A stretch of 64,000 nucleotides of DNA from Eukaryota sp. GEM-RC1 (taxonomy: Eukaryota), in NCBI GenBank assembly GCA_040285855.1, contig JAUFOQ010000010.1, forward strand, positions 1,488,001 through 1,552,000, given 5' to 3'. The position numbers were made by a program, and so were the translations under genes. The notes under the pieces are model-generated. The model was not told the origin of the DNA, did not search any database, and saw only the letters and a program-made list of their open reading frames with translations. This document shows positions 1 to 13,297 of this stretch, piece after piece (position 1 is the stretch's first letter; each line of letters starts with the position of its first letter).

Positions 1-808
1 GGAAATAAACAGATAATTGAAAAAACTCCAAAATATTTGAAATACTAAATTCAACAGAATTCTCATAGTGAATAAGTCCGAAAAACAAACCAAAAAGATC
101 TTCAGAAACACCCGGAAATTCATCAGAATATTCAAAATTTCTCACAGCTGAATCTTTAAATTCACATGTAATTAAATTCTGAAACATTTTTGAAAATGAT
201 ATCAATAAGACAGAGTTCAAAGTGATATACGTGTTATTATAAGAAACACGTATGTCTTTAGGGCAAGATTCTACAATTTTTAAAATTAACTGTTTTAAAT
301 CCAATTTAAAACTGTTATCCTCAAAGTTGACAAGCCCGTTTGTCATTCTCTCAAAAACAAACTCACTTAACTCCTGGAACTGAAGAAGAGAAGCAATAAA
401 AGACACATAATTAACATTTTCAGGAGTAACAGTAAGAGATTGGCCATAGAGAGTTGACAAGACTGAGAAGAAGATATCAGAATTTGTAAGGAAAGGAAGT
501 AAAGGGAAGTCTATTGTGGTAGATTCCAGAACCTTCTCCCTAAGAACAGGACTGAAAGCACTGACAACGAAGGAATGACAGGGGAAAGAGTTGCCATCAT
601 AGGTAATGACAGTATCAGTAAGAATGTTGTCTATTTACAGGGAATAGAGGTTGTTGCAGAAGCAATCTGAAGGGAAGCAATAAGTATTTGGAAGAGCAAG
701 ACTATCTAGAACTCGAGGGCGTTTAGAAGGAGGACTTTTGACGTCAGTGGTGTTGGAAGTTCTAGAAGAGGGTCGAGAGTCACTTGAATTGGACATGAGA
801 TTGGGCAT
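1..808 (-). pseudogene. BTB/POZ-domain protein (paralog of 13298-15722), runs off the left edge
   Basis: ATG at 808 reads MPNLMSNSSDSRPSSRTSNTTDVKSPPSKRPRVLDS... and is colinear with 15722-14900. An in-frame TAA near 635 replaces CAA (Gln) of the paralog. Confidence 0.8.
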
Positions 809-1296
809 TCTTCAAGTTCATATCAAAGACATACACCAATGTAAAGGCATTCTGCCTCGTTCCCTCTCCTTAGAATGTTCTAGCCAATGATTCTGGTTCA
901 GTCACTTCCACCGTCAATTCTTCCATTTAAGTCCTTTTGCTAATTCAAGCTGAATTGCTTTTTGCATTGATGTTATTTCCTTCTATTTCCTTCTCTTAAC
1001 TGTCCTTATGGAACTTATCGGACAGTTTCCGTCTTCTTTTGACTTCTTTTGGTGATGTGATGATCCATGAGTCCTTAGCTTTTACATTCACTTTGAACTG
1101 TTTCTCTATTTGTGACTTGCTTTGGGTCCATACTTTGAAAAAAAATTTCTGATTTTTGTTGGTGAAAGCAAATTTCAGCACTCAAATTCGTGAATCTACC
1201 CGTGTGACAGAATTTGAATTTGGAATTTCAGATTTCGTATGTATGTGACAGAATTTGAATTCCCAATTTGGAAATGTGAAGATGAATTAAAACTCT

Positions 1297-2750
1297 TTAT
1301 AGATATAAAAAAACTAGAATACAGATTAGGGATGGAACATAAAAGTGGAGGAAAAGGTGGGTTAGGTTGAGGTGCAGACTCATCCGAGAGATTCGAAGAT
1401 GGATTTCTAGAGTGTTGGATAACCGCCGCCTTAGGATACTTGTTTTGTGCTGTCTGATTTGTTTCAAACGAGAGCGAGTTGCATTTTCTGCTGTTGTCAA
1501 CATTGAAGCCATTTGTTCAAGTGGGTTCAATAAAGAAGGAGCAGAGAGATTTAACCACCATTGACGACCGAAGTCTTCCAATGTTAGAGCAGAGTCGTTG
1601 GAGATAAGTTTTGCAAGGGAGTCCATTCACAGTTCTATTCCAATGGGAGCATTGTGGAGTCCTTTGGTCTAAAGATTCAAGACAGGATAGGACATTGTTA
1701 AGAGCGTAAGAAGAGATTATCCTAACAACATGTTTGAAGAAGTCATTGTTAACAAGTCTTCTGTCAACTGTTGATTTATCATCAGCTACAGTTCTTCTAT
1801 AATCTGCTAACTGTTGAACAATGTACTCGTGAATTTGATGCATTGCCCCCATAACATTCCTTGAGGTCATTCGAGAAGTTGCTTTCAGTGAATTGTGTGC
1901 ACTTTCTGCTCTGCCCATAGTGCTCGTATTGAAGTGCTTCAGTTTGTCGACATGGCAATGCAAGAAGTTCTTCGACACTTTCATTGAGTGATCAGTTAGA
2001 TGTCTGATTACAGAAGCAAGTTGTTAATCAGCAGATCATTTTCGATTCATTTCTTCCCACATTGTTGTAGTTGTTTCTTCAGTGGATTCGCACACCATTT
2101 CGTCAAACATTTGAACAAATGTCTTCAATTATGACTCTTCAACTGAACGTTTGTGGCCATTCAAGATCTGTTTAATATGAAACCAGCAAAGTAGATGGTG
2201 GGCAGATGGATAGAGATCTCGGATGGCTTTTAGGAGGGCTTTGTCCTGATCAGTAACTATAATGCAGGGGAGTCGCCGGTAAAACATTATAAATCATCAT
2301 TAACGCTAATTTGTATGTAGCATTATTTTCATTTGTCATGAAAATATGTGCAACAACCAAAGTGTTGTTAGTACACGTCTTCACAGCTATGGTGAATAAA
2401 GGCATGTTAAATCTATTAGTTGAATATGTTGAATCCATTATCAACATACTAGCATTACCTTCTCCATAAAGATATCGTTTCTTTATTCGATATTAAGACA
2501 CAAAATTTGTCTTCGTGCACCTGAAATATGTTAGAAATAATTATACAATGTGATGATTCATCTACGGATGTTAATATTCTGAAGGTGTGATCGTTCCTTA
2601 ACTCGTCTTCACGCGATATGCATTGTATGGATACCTCACTGTTTACCTGCAATTACCATCATAATTAAGAAAATGCCACATTTCTTGCTTTACATATCCA
2701 GTCTCGAGCCTAACTTCAAAGCGGCATGAAGTCTTCTAAACGGTACAGAC
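1297..2750 (-). mobile_element. Degenerate Mutator/MULE transposase
   Basis: Manual translation across frameshifts gives MULE motifs in order: IMDSTYSTNRFNMPL (D1), IVTDQDKALLKAI (D2), HLLCWFHI (CxxH), TMGRAESAHNSLK (E), then a SWIM-like CSHW...GLPC. Several stops and shifts; element ends not identified. Confidence 0.85.
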
Positions 2751-3423
2751 ATTAAATGAAGCATTACCTTAATGTGATGTGTCTTTTCATCAGAATAAAT
2801 GGCATGTAGTTTTTGTTATGATCTCAACGTTTGCTTCCAACGTATGAGTTGTTTCATCTACAAATTATTATTATATTACAAACAAACTACAACACAATCT
2901 AACCAGTATGATCCAGATCTTCATGATTTTCCAACCATAAATAGTCATTAAAGAAACAGTTTTTGAGCCAACAGTTATATATGTGATTTTGAAAAACGGC
3001 TTTATTAGTGATCAAATTAAATATTGCAGGAATAAATTGAGATTATGACGTTCCAAAACAATGCAATTAGAAGCGTATCTGGTCATGAGCAGTTTCAGCA
3101 GAGTCAGTATAGAATGTTCCATTAAAACGGGTTTAGCTATTGTGTGGTTTAAATTAAAGTGTACCACAATAAGAGTATGCCATGATACTCCATATCTCTG
3201 GAGTTTCAGAAAAACGGAATAGAACAAGGTCAAAACTGTGTGCGACACAGCAAGGGTATGTAAGATTTTTTAAAGTTGCGTAGTTGTGACATACTGTGTT
3301 TTATAAAGCTGTTGTACGTAACAAAAAGTACCTGCTACTCGCTGTGTGAACTAATATACTTGTTTCGAGAAGCGCGAAATTTTCAATGTGATCAACTATA
3401 AAATGCAAATAGTCTCAAAGGTA

Positions 3424-4037
3424 CACTCCAGGAAGCATTTAGTCTCACTGCAGAATTAGTCTCAGTACAAAATGCGTCGCACTGAGACTAATTTTGTGTT
3501 ACTCATTTTGAAAAATGCTCCAGTGAGACTATATTTGCCCTGCAATTTTCAAATACAACAACTTATTTTTGAATTAAACTGATGTTTACAGTCCATATAT
3601 ACACAGTACTAACGACAAACAGCTGGAAGGGAATTACCTCTATACGTTTAAATTGTATACAATTGAATCTATATCTCACATTATTCCATTTGTGATCAGG
3701 AATACACGTTGTCAGTAACACTGACTTCTAACACAATTCTAAAGTCTTTTAAATGAGATCAAGTCCCTGTTACATCTGATGTTCATCAAGAACAAAGTGT
3801 GCTATCATAAGTTGAGGGAGGGTGACTGATTGATTGGAGTCTAGATGATGACGAACATTTATATGTTCGTGAGCAAATCTGAGTAATGAAGTCTATTTTA
3901 ACACTTTAACAATTGTAAAAAATTGGTCTCAGTACAGAATTAGTCTCACTGAGATTTGGTGAGACTAGTTTTGAAATGTCTAATTAAAATTTCGAGTACA
4001 GAATTAGTCACAGTGAGACTAAATGTTTTCTGCAGTG
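3424..4037. mobile_element. Non-autonomous TIR element (MITE), CAC termini, TA flanks; CMC/EnSpm-like
   Basis: Left TA|CACTCCAGGAAGCATTTAGTCTCACTG vs right reverse complement TA|CACTGCAGAAAACATTTAGTCTCACTG (3 mismatches). Several subterminal TAGTCTCA/TGAGACTA motifs in both orientations. 614 bp, no ORF. Confidence 0.85.
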
Positions 4038-4651
4038 TAAAACAGAGCGTGATTTTGGAGTAATCTTATTTTGTACAGAGATTGTCTGTAACAGGGATTG
4101 ATTCAGGGATCCTTATATCTGAATTATAGTATATATTGTTCTGTACTTTATCTATTTTATTAAATAATTTAGCCCATATGGATTCATCATTTTACAAACT
4201 TGATTTTTCGATTCTCTCTTCATACTGACGACTGTAAAACTATTAGAAACAAGGTTATGTGGTTTCAAAATCACGTGTCATGATTGCGTAAGCTGTGTGA
4301 TGTTCTATAAACTGTCTAATGTATGCTTAAAACATACTTCAAGTGTGATGCTACTATCAGAGAAAAACTTGATACTTTAGACAACTAATGTAGAGTAGTC
4401 AGTGGGTCAGAAACTGGTACGACAGTGGATCTCCCATTTTTAGGTTTAGTTTTACAATTTTTTTGTATTTCGGTTCTGTAAATATAGTTAATTGCTAATA
4501 TCGAGAAGAACATATCTTGGTGGGATTGTTGGTAACCACAACAGTCAATTGCTTAAATTGCTTGACATAATTTAAAGTAAAGTGTCCTGCTCTCATTGTG
4601 GAATCTACTGTAGAGTGTCTCTGTCGACACAACCGTCCAAATTTCCTCTCA

Positions 4652-7600
4652 ATGCTAACTGGTCTTTGCTCAGTCTGTAAAGCCAATGTCCCTGATAGCA
4701 TCGCTGTCTGTTGTGATCAAGTTGTTTGCTCTCAGAAATGTCTCAAAGATTGGCAGAAAAGTTCTTGTACGTGTGACTCTTGCAACGCAATGCCTTCTTC
4801 TCTTGTTTCTTCCCCCGACCTTGTATCTGGCTCCAGCACTTCTTCTCTTGCTTACCAGGTCGTAGTTCAACCGAGGTACGTTCATTGTCGTCGGTCTTTA
4901 CTGGTGCTGATAACCTCTCATGTATTAGCAAGGCTCTGGAAGTCTGATATTGCGCGTGATCGTTATCATCGTCGCTTGACAAACATATTACCTACATTTT
5001 TCACACAAGTTGGCTATGTTAGTCAACGTTTCCTTGAATCAGCTTTATTAGGAGTCAACCTCTTTTTGATTCCAACATTATCTCCACTTCAGCTTCTGAT
5101 CTTTCCATTCTTCTTCCCATCACGTCTTACTTTAAAGCAGACGTTCAATCTGTGCTCTTGAAAATAGAAAGTCCATTTCATATCGAAGACATTCTTGACT
5201 ACACTTCAAGAATTATAAGTCTAAAAATGAATAATAACGTCACCAAATTGATCTATTTACTGGACGAATCTTCTCCTTGTTTCTTACCTAGACTAAGATG
5301 TATTGACTTTACCACAAAGTCTCAAGCCCAGTTAATTACCTTTTGTAAAGCTTTATTGTTAAGGACAACTATTATTGAATTATGTATCACTGTTGATTTT
5401 ACAGCTACTGTTGTGATTGCTTTAACAGAGCTCTTTCGTTCAGTACATTCTTTTACTTCGATTAAGCTGTTGTCGTTGTCTTCTAACTTTGGATTACCTA
5501 TCAATGATGAACATTCACTGCTTCTGTTTAATGCTTTCATGAGCAATACTTCACTTAAATCATTAGATTTGTCTGGTGTTTTTATACTAAATTCAAGTGT
5601 TCTTGATCCTCTTCTACACACGTCTAGTCTTAAAAGTCTAGTGTTTCCTTGTTGTAGAAGAAGTCTTGATTCTAGAGTGATTGATGCTCTGAAGCATAAT
5701 GGATGTCTTCAAGAACTAACTGTTGTTGGTGCTAAGATCAATGCTGAAGTACTTTCTGAAGTTTTGGAGTTCAATACTTCTTTAAAAAAACTGGAGCTTA
5801 TTGAAGGTAATTCCAAACATTTTATTAATTTTCTTGAATCAAGTTGTTCTCAGAGATCTCTCAAACGTTGTCAGACAAGTTCTTGTCACTGCGAAGCCAA
5901 ACCTTTTTCTCATATTTTCACTCCCGATCATGTGTCCGACATCACCTCTTCTTTTCTTGCTTGCGAGTACAGATCTGATTCGAGACACATTCATTTTCAG
6001 CAGACTCTAATAGTACTGGTAAGCTCTCATCTCGTACGAAGTCTCTGGAAGTCTCATGTTACACACTATCGATATTCTCGTTCCGTGAAAAACATATTAC
6101 TGACATTCTTACAAAAAGTGGGCTATGTTAGTAAACGTTTCGTCCAATCTGCGTTCTTAGGAGTTCAGCTCTTTTTTGATTCAAGTACTATCGTTACTTC
6201 AGCTTCTGATCTTTCTCTTATTTTTCCCATCACATCTTATTTCAAAGCAGACTTACAGTTTTGGTTTCTAGAAATTGATAGTCCCTTCAATTTGGGAAAC
6301 CTTCTTGACCACACTTCAAGAATTACTGGTTTACAAGTAAATGATGACGTCACCAATTTGACCCACCTACTTGACAGCTCTTCTCCTCTCTTCTTACGTA
6401 GACTAAGATGTCTTGAATTTACCATAAAGTCTCAGGCCCAATTAATTACCTTTTGTAGAGCTCTATTGTTAAGTACAACCATTATTGAACTAAGTATTGC
6501 TGTTGATTTAACAGCTACTGTTGTGATTTCCTTAACAGAAGTCTTCCGTATAGTACATTCATTTAGAAAGATTATACTTTTACCATTATCTTCCCATTTT
6601 CAACATTCTCTTACAGATGAACAATCATTGCTTCTGTTTACTTCTCTAATGAGTAATACTTCCCTTAAATCATTAAAGTTATCTGGTATTGTTATAGAAA
6701 GTTCTCGAGTTCTTGTACCTCTTCTAAACACGTCTAGTCTTAGAAGTCTAGTGTTTCCTAGTTGTAGAAGAAGTCTTGATTCTACAGTGATTGATGCTTT
6801 TAAGAATAACAATTCTCTTCACGAACTAACTATTATTGATACTAAGATTAATGTTAAAGATCTTTCAACAGTTTTAAAGTCTAATACTTCTTTAAAGAAA
6901 TTGGTCATAAATGAATGCTTTTTCAAACATATTGCTCGCTTTCTTGAATCAAATTAGTCTTTGTTAGAATTATCAATTTCTAAGCCTAAGAACGTTTCCA
7001 TTGAATATCAAATCAACGCTCTTATTGACATGGTAAAGAAACTTACTGGTTTGCTTGTATTAAGTCTTGATGTTTCTGTTTTTAACTTTCAACAGTTTCA
7101 AAATCTAGTCAATGTACTTAAACTTAATTTAGGACTCAAAAAGTTAGTTTTTCGGGATTAACTGATCCAGGTTTTGATGGTATTGTTATTCTTTATCAAT
7201 TTCTTTTCATCAATAATTTAATGATAGATCTTGGAATTTTTCCTCATGTCATTGATACAAAATCTGGCATCTTCTCCTTTTCCCCACATCATCACACTGA
7301 AATTACCGCTGAGAATGTCTACGCTTTAATTTCTCTTGAAATCACTGACTTACGTATCAACAACTGTTGTTTTACTAACGAAGCTTTTGCAGTCTTGTGT
7401 GACTTAATCAAGACTAGTACTTCATTGACTTGTCTTGACTTATCATACTGCCGATTATCTAACTTAGAGTTCTCTACTCTACAGTCCAACTCTAAATTAA
7501 CGAACGTCAATTTAACGGAGACTTCAATTGGATTAAACATTGTTTTGACTATATTTGATTTAGTTTCAACTGGAAAATTAACTCCACATATTCAAATTTC

Positions 7601-9432
7601 TCCTCATTCTTTCGATTTTTCACTAAGTTCAATTTATTTCAAAAGTCAGGTAGATACCGCCGATTTATGTGCACTCCTAAAGGCCTTAAAGTCAAATGTA
7701 CCTATTAAACGTGTTAAATGTCGTCGACTGAGAACTTTCAGTTTAAAAGGAATTTTTGCATTATTTGAAATTCTTTCAATTAACAAATCAGTGATTGATC
7801 TTGATGTTTCTCCTCATTGTCTAGATATTGAAAATGGTATTTTTTGCTTTTTTCCAAGAGATTTTACCTATATATCAGCTCAAGAACTTTCATATCTTCA
7901 TTATTGGTTCAAATCCTGTAGTTTTAAGAAACTGATTTTTAAACAATGTAAACTTTCTGTCTCTGGGACATCTGTTCTGTGTGACATCATTAGAAATTGT
8001 CATTCGTTGACTTCTGTTGGCTTCATCAGCTGTGGTATGTCCTCAACTGGTCGTCTTCAAATTATCAATGCACTTCAGTCAAATTCTTGTTTAAAAATGG
8101 TTAATCTGAGTCACAATGATATCAACATGATAACAATTTTGGCTATTTTCAATCACTTTTCTACTTACCATTCACCACCAACATTTGAAGTCTTTCCTCA
8201 TTCTATTGATTTCTCTCGTGGTATTATTCGTTATGAATATCAAGTTACTAGTTATGACTTGGTATCACTTTTAAATGTTTTAAAATCAAATGTTCCTGTT
8301 AAACGTGTTGAATGTCGTAGAAAGTCGAGTCTAAATTTTGGCGCTGTTGCTGCACTATTTCAACAAAAATCCATCAATAATTCATGGATCGATGTTGATA
8401 TTGCTCCTCACTTTATTGATACAAAATCTGCCATTTTCTCCTTTTCTCCACAAGTTCGTACTAAAATTACTGCTAAGAATGTCTCTGCTTTACTTGCTTT
8501 TGAAATCACTGACTTACGTATCAACAAGTGTCCTTTTTCTAACGAAGCTTTTGTAGACTTGTGTGACTTAATCAAGACTAGTACTTCATTGACTTGTCTT
8601 GACTTATCATACTGCCGTTTATCTAATTTAGACTTCTCTACACTACAGTCCAACTCTAAATTAAAGAACGTCAAGTTAATTGAGACTTCAATTGGATTTA
8701 ACAATGTTTTGATTATTTTTGATTTAGTTTCAACTGGAAAGTTAACATCAAATATTGAAATTTCACCTCATTCTTTCGACTTTTCACTAGGTGGAATTTA
8801 TTACAAAAGTCAGATAGATACTGGAGATTTAAGTACACTCCTAAAGGCCTTAAAGTCAAATGTACCTATTAAATGTGTACAGTGTTGTGGAATTATAGAT
8901 TTAAGTTTTGACAGTCTTGTTGCCATTTTTCAATTTTATACCATATATAGTCTAAAAATAGACTTTGATACTTCTCCTCACTTTATTGATGTAGAATCTC
9001 GCATTTTCTCCTTTTCACCACAATTTCACACTGAAATTACTGCTGATAATGTCTCTGCTTTACTTTCTCTTGGAATCACTGACTTGCGTATCAAAAAGTG
9101 TACGTTTACTCACGAAGCTTTTTCAGTAATGTGTGACTTAATCAAAATTAGTAATTCATTGACTTATCTTGACTTATCTTACTGCCGATTATCTGATGTA
9201 CATTTCTTGAGAATAATTGATTCTTTTCAGCTAAATTCTGCTTTAAATGTAAAAGAACTTCGCTTTGAAGCAATTTTTTTGGAAATAGAAGTGCAAAAGC
9301 ATTAGCCGAATTATTGAAGGTAAATACTACACTTTCTAAAGTTCACCTTTGGAACAACCGCATGGACAAAAGTGCAAAGCACAACTTAAGCGGTTATCAA
9401 AACCCCGGATAACTTTTCATCAAGAATTGTAA
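4652..9432 (+). CDS. Large LRR-rich protein with N-terminal RING-like Cys-rich domain; interrupted (pseudogene or assembly errors)
   Basis: ORFs 4598, 5152, 6961 and 7221 join into one gene. N-terminus CSVC..CCDQVVCSQKCLKDW..CTCDSC. LRR segments SLTCLDLSYCRLS and SLKSLDLSG. Internal duplications (about 4.9-5.85 vs 5.95-6.95 kb; about 7.25-8.4 vs 8.4-9.3 kb). Breaks: T-run near 5065, TAG 6955, G-run near 7155, shift near 9270, A-run near 9370. Confidence 0.75.
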
Positions 9433-12400
9433 AAGAAGACAGAAATAAATTTCAAAATAAAAAACCGTAACAAAGAAACCGAAAATGTTTCATCAAGATC
9501 ACCATATTTCTTGAACCAAGTTACCATGATTGACTATATGAACTTGTAAATCGGAACAGATAAACATATTAAGGATTTTGTCAATAATATCAACTGAATC
9601 TCTTAGGATAGGAGTCACCATGATTCAAATAAAAGTTTATAGGTAATGTCATTAATACAATTTACACTCGGTTTAGTGCATAGTTTTCTATTACCAACTT
9701 TCAGTCATCGTACTTCTAGCAATTCCTGAATGCTATGTTTGTACCTCAGAATTACTGACTTTCAAGGAATTCCTAATACAATTTAGATATTATATTAGCA
9801 GGACTATGTCAGTGTTGCACAATACGCTTTCCAGTTTCCAACTCGAAACTCCTCTGGAAATCATAAATCATCCTTGGTTTTGAATCTAGAAAATGATCAC
9901 ATTTATGTGATCATAGCTCAATAAAACATTTAAACGACCAAGAAGGATTAACAACGTACAGCAAGGAAGTGAAACAAAATTCTTCAAGGAAGAGGATCAT
10001 ACTCCATTGAAAAAACGGAAAAAAATTCTAAATTTTGATCTAATCCTTTCTTCCTTCTTAATCCAATTCCACGCTACATGTGTCAAAGCTGACTTATTTT
10101 GCATTTTTCTTATGGGTATATTGCTAGTAAGTTTCATTTATGAGCATAAAGCTGTGCTACAATTTGATAGTAATTTGTGTTGTTTTAGTAACATCAAATT
10201 TTATTTTCTGTAATTTTCTACATTTATAAATTCATAATCCTTAAATTAGCAAATTTTAAAAGAATTATTTCTTAGATCTGTAAAATCCGTTCATTTTTTG
10301 AAGACAACCTTTAGTTTTGTGAACATTAAAAAGAGTTGTCGCTCATTTTTGAGGTCTAATTGTTTACTACAAGCAACCCCAGAGTCGGAAGTATATGACA
10401 TTTTGATATAAGAAGTGGTTTGGTGCCTAACGCAATGTCAAATTAGAAATGTAGAAAACACCACACACTTTGGTACAATAACTGTTATATAACGACACAT
10501 CTGATGTCACAAGTCGATTAATCGATGCGCCGTAGGGAAAATAGTGTAATGTGATAAGATACACAACAAATCAACAACAATGGACACATGTGAGACAATG
10601 ACAGGCTCTAGAAACACCTGATGAAACACCAATGTGTGTATAATGTCATATACTGGCCTTGGAAGCGGTCTTTTACCTTGAGTTAAGCCTGGATCTGATC
10701 CACGAATTATTAGCTTGTAGGATCAAAAATATTGTAAATAGTTTGATTTATGAAATACATTCTTAATCAAGACTAGTACTTCATTGACTTGTCTTGACTT
10801 ATCATACTGCCGTTTATCTAATTTAGACTTCTCTACACTACAGTCCAACTCTAAATTAAAGAACGTCAAGTTAATTGAGACTTCAATTGGATTTAACAAT
10901 GTTTTGATTATTTTTGATTTAGTTTCAACTGGAAAGTTAACATCAAATATTGAAATTTCACCTCATTCTTTCGACTTTTCACTAGGTGGAATTTATTACA
11001 AAAGTCAGATAGATACTGGAGATTTAAGTACACTCCTAAAGGCCTTAAAGTCAAATGTACCTATTAAATGTGTACAGTGTTGTGGAATTATAGATTTAAG
11101 TTTTGACAGTCTTGTTGCCATTTTTCAATTTTATACCATATATAGTCTAAAAATAGACTTTGATACTTCTCCTCACTTTATTGATGTAGAATCTCGCATT
11201 TTCTCCTTTTCACCACAATTTCACACTGAAATTACTGCTGATAATGTCTCTGCTTTACTTTCTCTTGGAATCACTGACTTGCGTATCAAAAAGTGTACGT
11301 TTACTCACGAAGCTTTTTCAGTAATGTGTGACTTAATCAAAATTAGTAATTCATTGACTTATCTTGACTTATCTTACTGCCGATTATCTGATGTACATTT
11401 CTTGAGAATAATTGATTCTTTTCAGCTAAATTCTGCTTTAAATGTAAAAGAACTTCGCTTTGAAGCAATTTTTTTGGAAATAGAAGTGCAAAAGCATTAG
11501 CCGAATTATTGAAGGTAAATACTACACTTTCTAAAGTTCACCTTTGGAACAACCGCATGGACAAAAAGTGCAAAGCACAACTTAAGCGGTTATCAAAACC
11601 CCGGATAACTTTTCATCAAGAATTGTAAAAGAAGACAGAAATAAATTTCAAAATAAAAAACCGTAACAAAGAAACCGAAAATGTTTCATCAAGATCACCA
11701 TATTTCTTGAACCAAGTTACCATGATTGACTATATGAACTTGTAAATCGGAACAGATAAACATATTAAGGATTTTGTCAATAATATCAACTGAATCTCTT
11801 AGGATAGGAGTCACCATGATTCAAATAAAAGTTTATAGGTAATGTCATTAATACAATTTACACTCGGTTTAGTGCATAGTTTTCTATTACCAACTTTCAG
11901 TCATCGTACTTCTAGCAATTCCTGAATGCTATGTTTGTACCTCAGAATTACTGACTTTCAAGGAATTCCTAATACAATTTAGATATTATATTAGCAGGAC
12001 TATGTCAGTGTTGCACAATACGCTTTCCAGTTTCCAACTCGAAACTCCTCTGGAAATCATAAATCATCCTTGGTTTTGAATCTAGAAAATGATCACATTT
12101 ATGTGATCATAGCTCAATAAAACATTTAAACGACCAAGAAGGATTAACAACGTACAGCAAGGAAGTGAAACAAAATTCTTCAAGGAAGAGGATCATACTC
12201 CATTGAAAAAACGGAAAAAAATTCTAAATTTTGATCTAATCCTTTCTTCCTTCTTAATCCAATTCCACGCTACATGTGTCAAAGCTGACTTATTTTGCAT
12301 TTTTCTTATGGGTATATTGCTAGTAAGTTTCATTTATGAGCATAAAGCTGTGCTACAATTTGATAGTAATTTGTGTTGTTTTAGTAACATCAAATTTTAT

Positions 12401-12957
12401 TTTCTGTAATTTTCTACATTTATAAATTCATAATCCTTAAATTAGCAAATTTTAAAAGAATTATTTCTTAGATCTGTAAAATCCGTTCATTTTTTGAAGA
12501 CAACCTTTAGTTTTGTGAACATTAAAAGAGTTGTCGCTCATTTTTGAGGTCTAATTGTTTACTACAAGCAACCCCAGAGTCGGAAGTATATGACATTTTG
12601 ATATAAGAAGTGGTTTGGTGCCTAACGCAATGTCAAATTAGAAATGTAGAAAACACCACACACTTTGGTACAATAACTGTTATATAACGACACATCTGAT
12701 GTCACAAGTCGATTAATCGATGCGCCGTAGGGAAAATAGTGTAATGTGATAAGATACACAACAAATCAACAACAATGGACACATGTGAGACAATGACAGG
12801 CTCTAGAAACACCTGATGAAACACCAATGTGTGTATAATGTCATATACTGGCCTTGGAAGCGGTCTTTTACCTTGAGTTAAGCCTGGATCTGATCCACGA
12901 ATTATTAGCTTGTAGGATCAAAAATATTGTAAATAGTTTGATTTATGAAATACATTC
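8568..12957 (+). repeat. Near-perfect 2195-bp tandem duplication (8568-10762 and 10763-12957)
   Basis: Junction TACATTC|TTAATCAAGACTAG at 10762/10763. The duplicated ORFs translate identically (7221 C-terminus = 10784; 10007 = 12203). The only differences I saw are two A-run lengths. Confidence 0.95.
10763..11628 (+). pseudogene. 5'-truncated duplicate of the 3' end of the LRR gene
   Basis: Same translation as the last ~240 aa of ORF 7221-9305. Begins at the duplication junction with no native start. Confidence 0.85.
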
Positions 12958-13297
12958 GTTACCTTTCCGGTAACAAAGCAGATTGCTCGTCAGATATTAA
13001 GAAGATCTCAAAAGTGAATTCATTTACTCGTTCCCCCTAATCAATCATAATTTCAATCGAATCATTCACCTGACCAATTGAATGATTCGACTGTTTCATC
13101 AAGCTCCGACATCCCGTTACTTGTTCTACACTGTAAGTGCAGATCTGAATATAATATTGGATGATACAATTGTTCACATCAAGTTTTCAAGTTCAATATA
13201 GAACAAACTAAAAAATTGTAACCAATAGATTTGAAAGTCATTGCATTAATACACGTAAACCGTGACATACTACAACAACCCTCTTTTTTTTAAAACG

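Noticed and set aside
9893..9914. Inverted repeat ATGATCACAT-TT-ATGTGATCAT
   Set aside because: Isolated short hairpin in AT-rich DNA; its second occurrence is only due to the tandem duplication.
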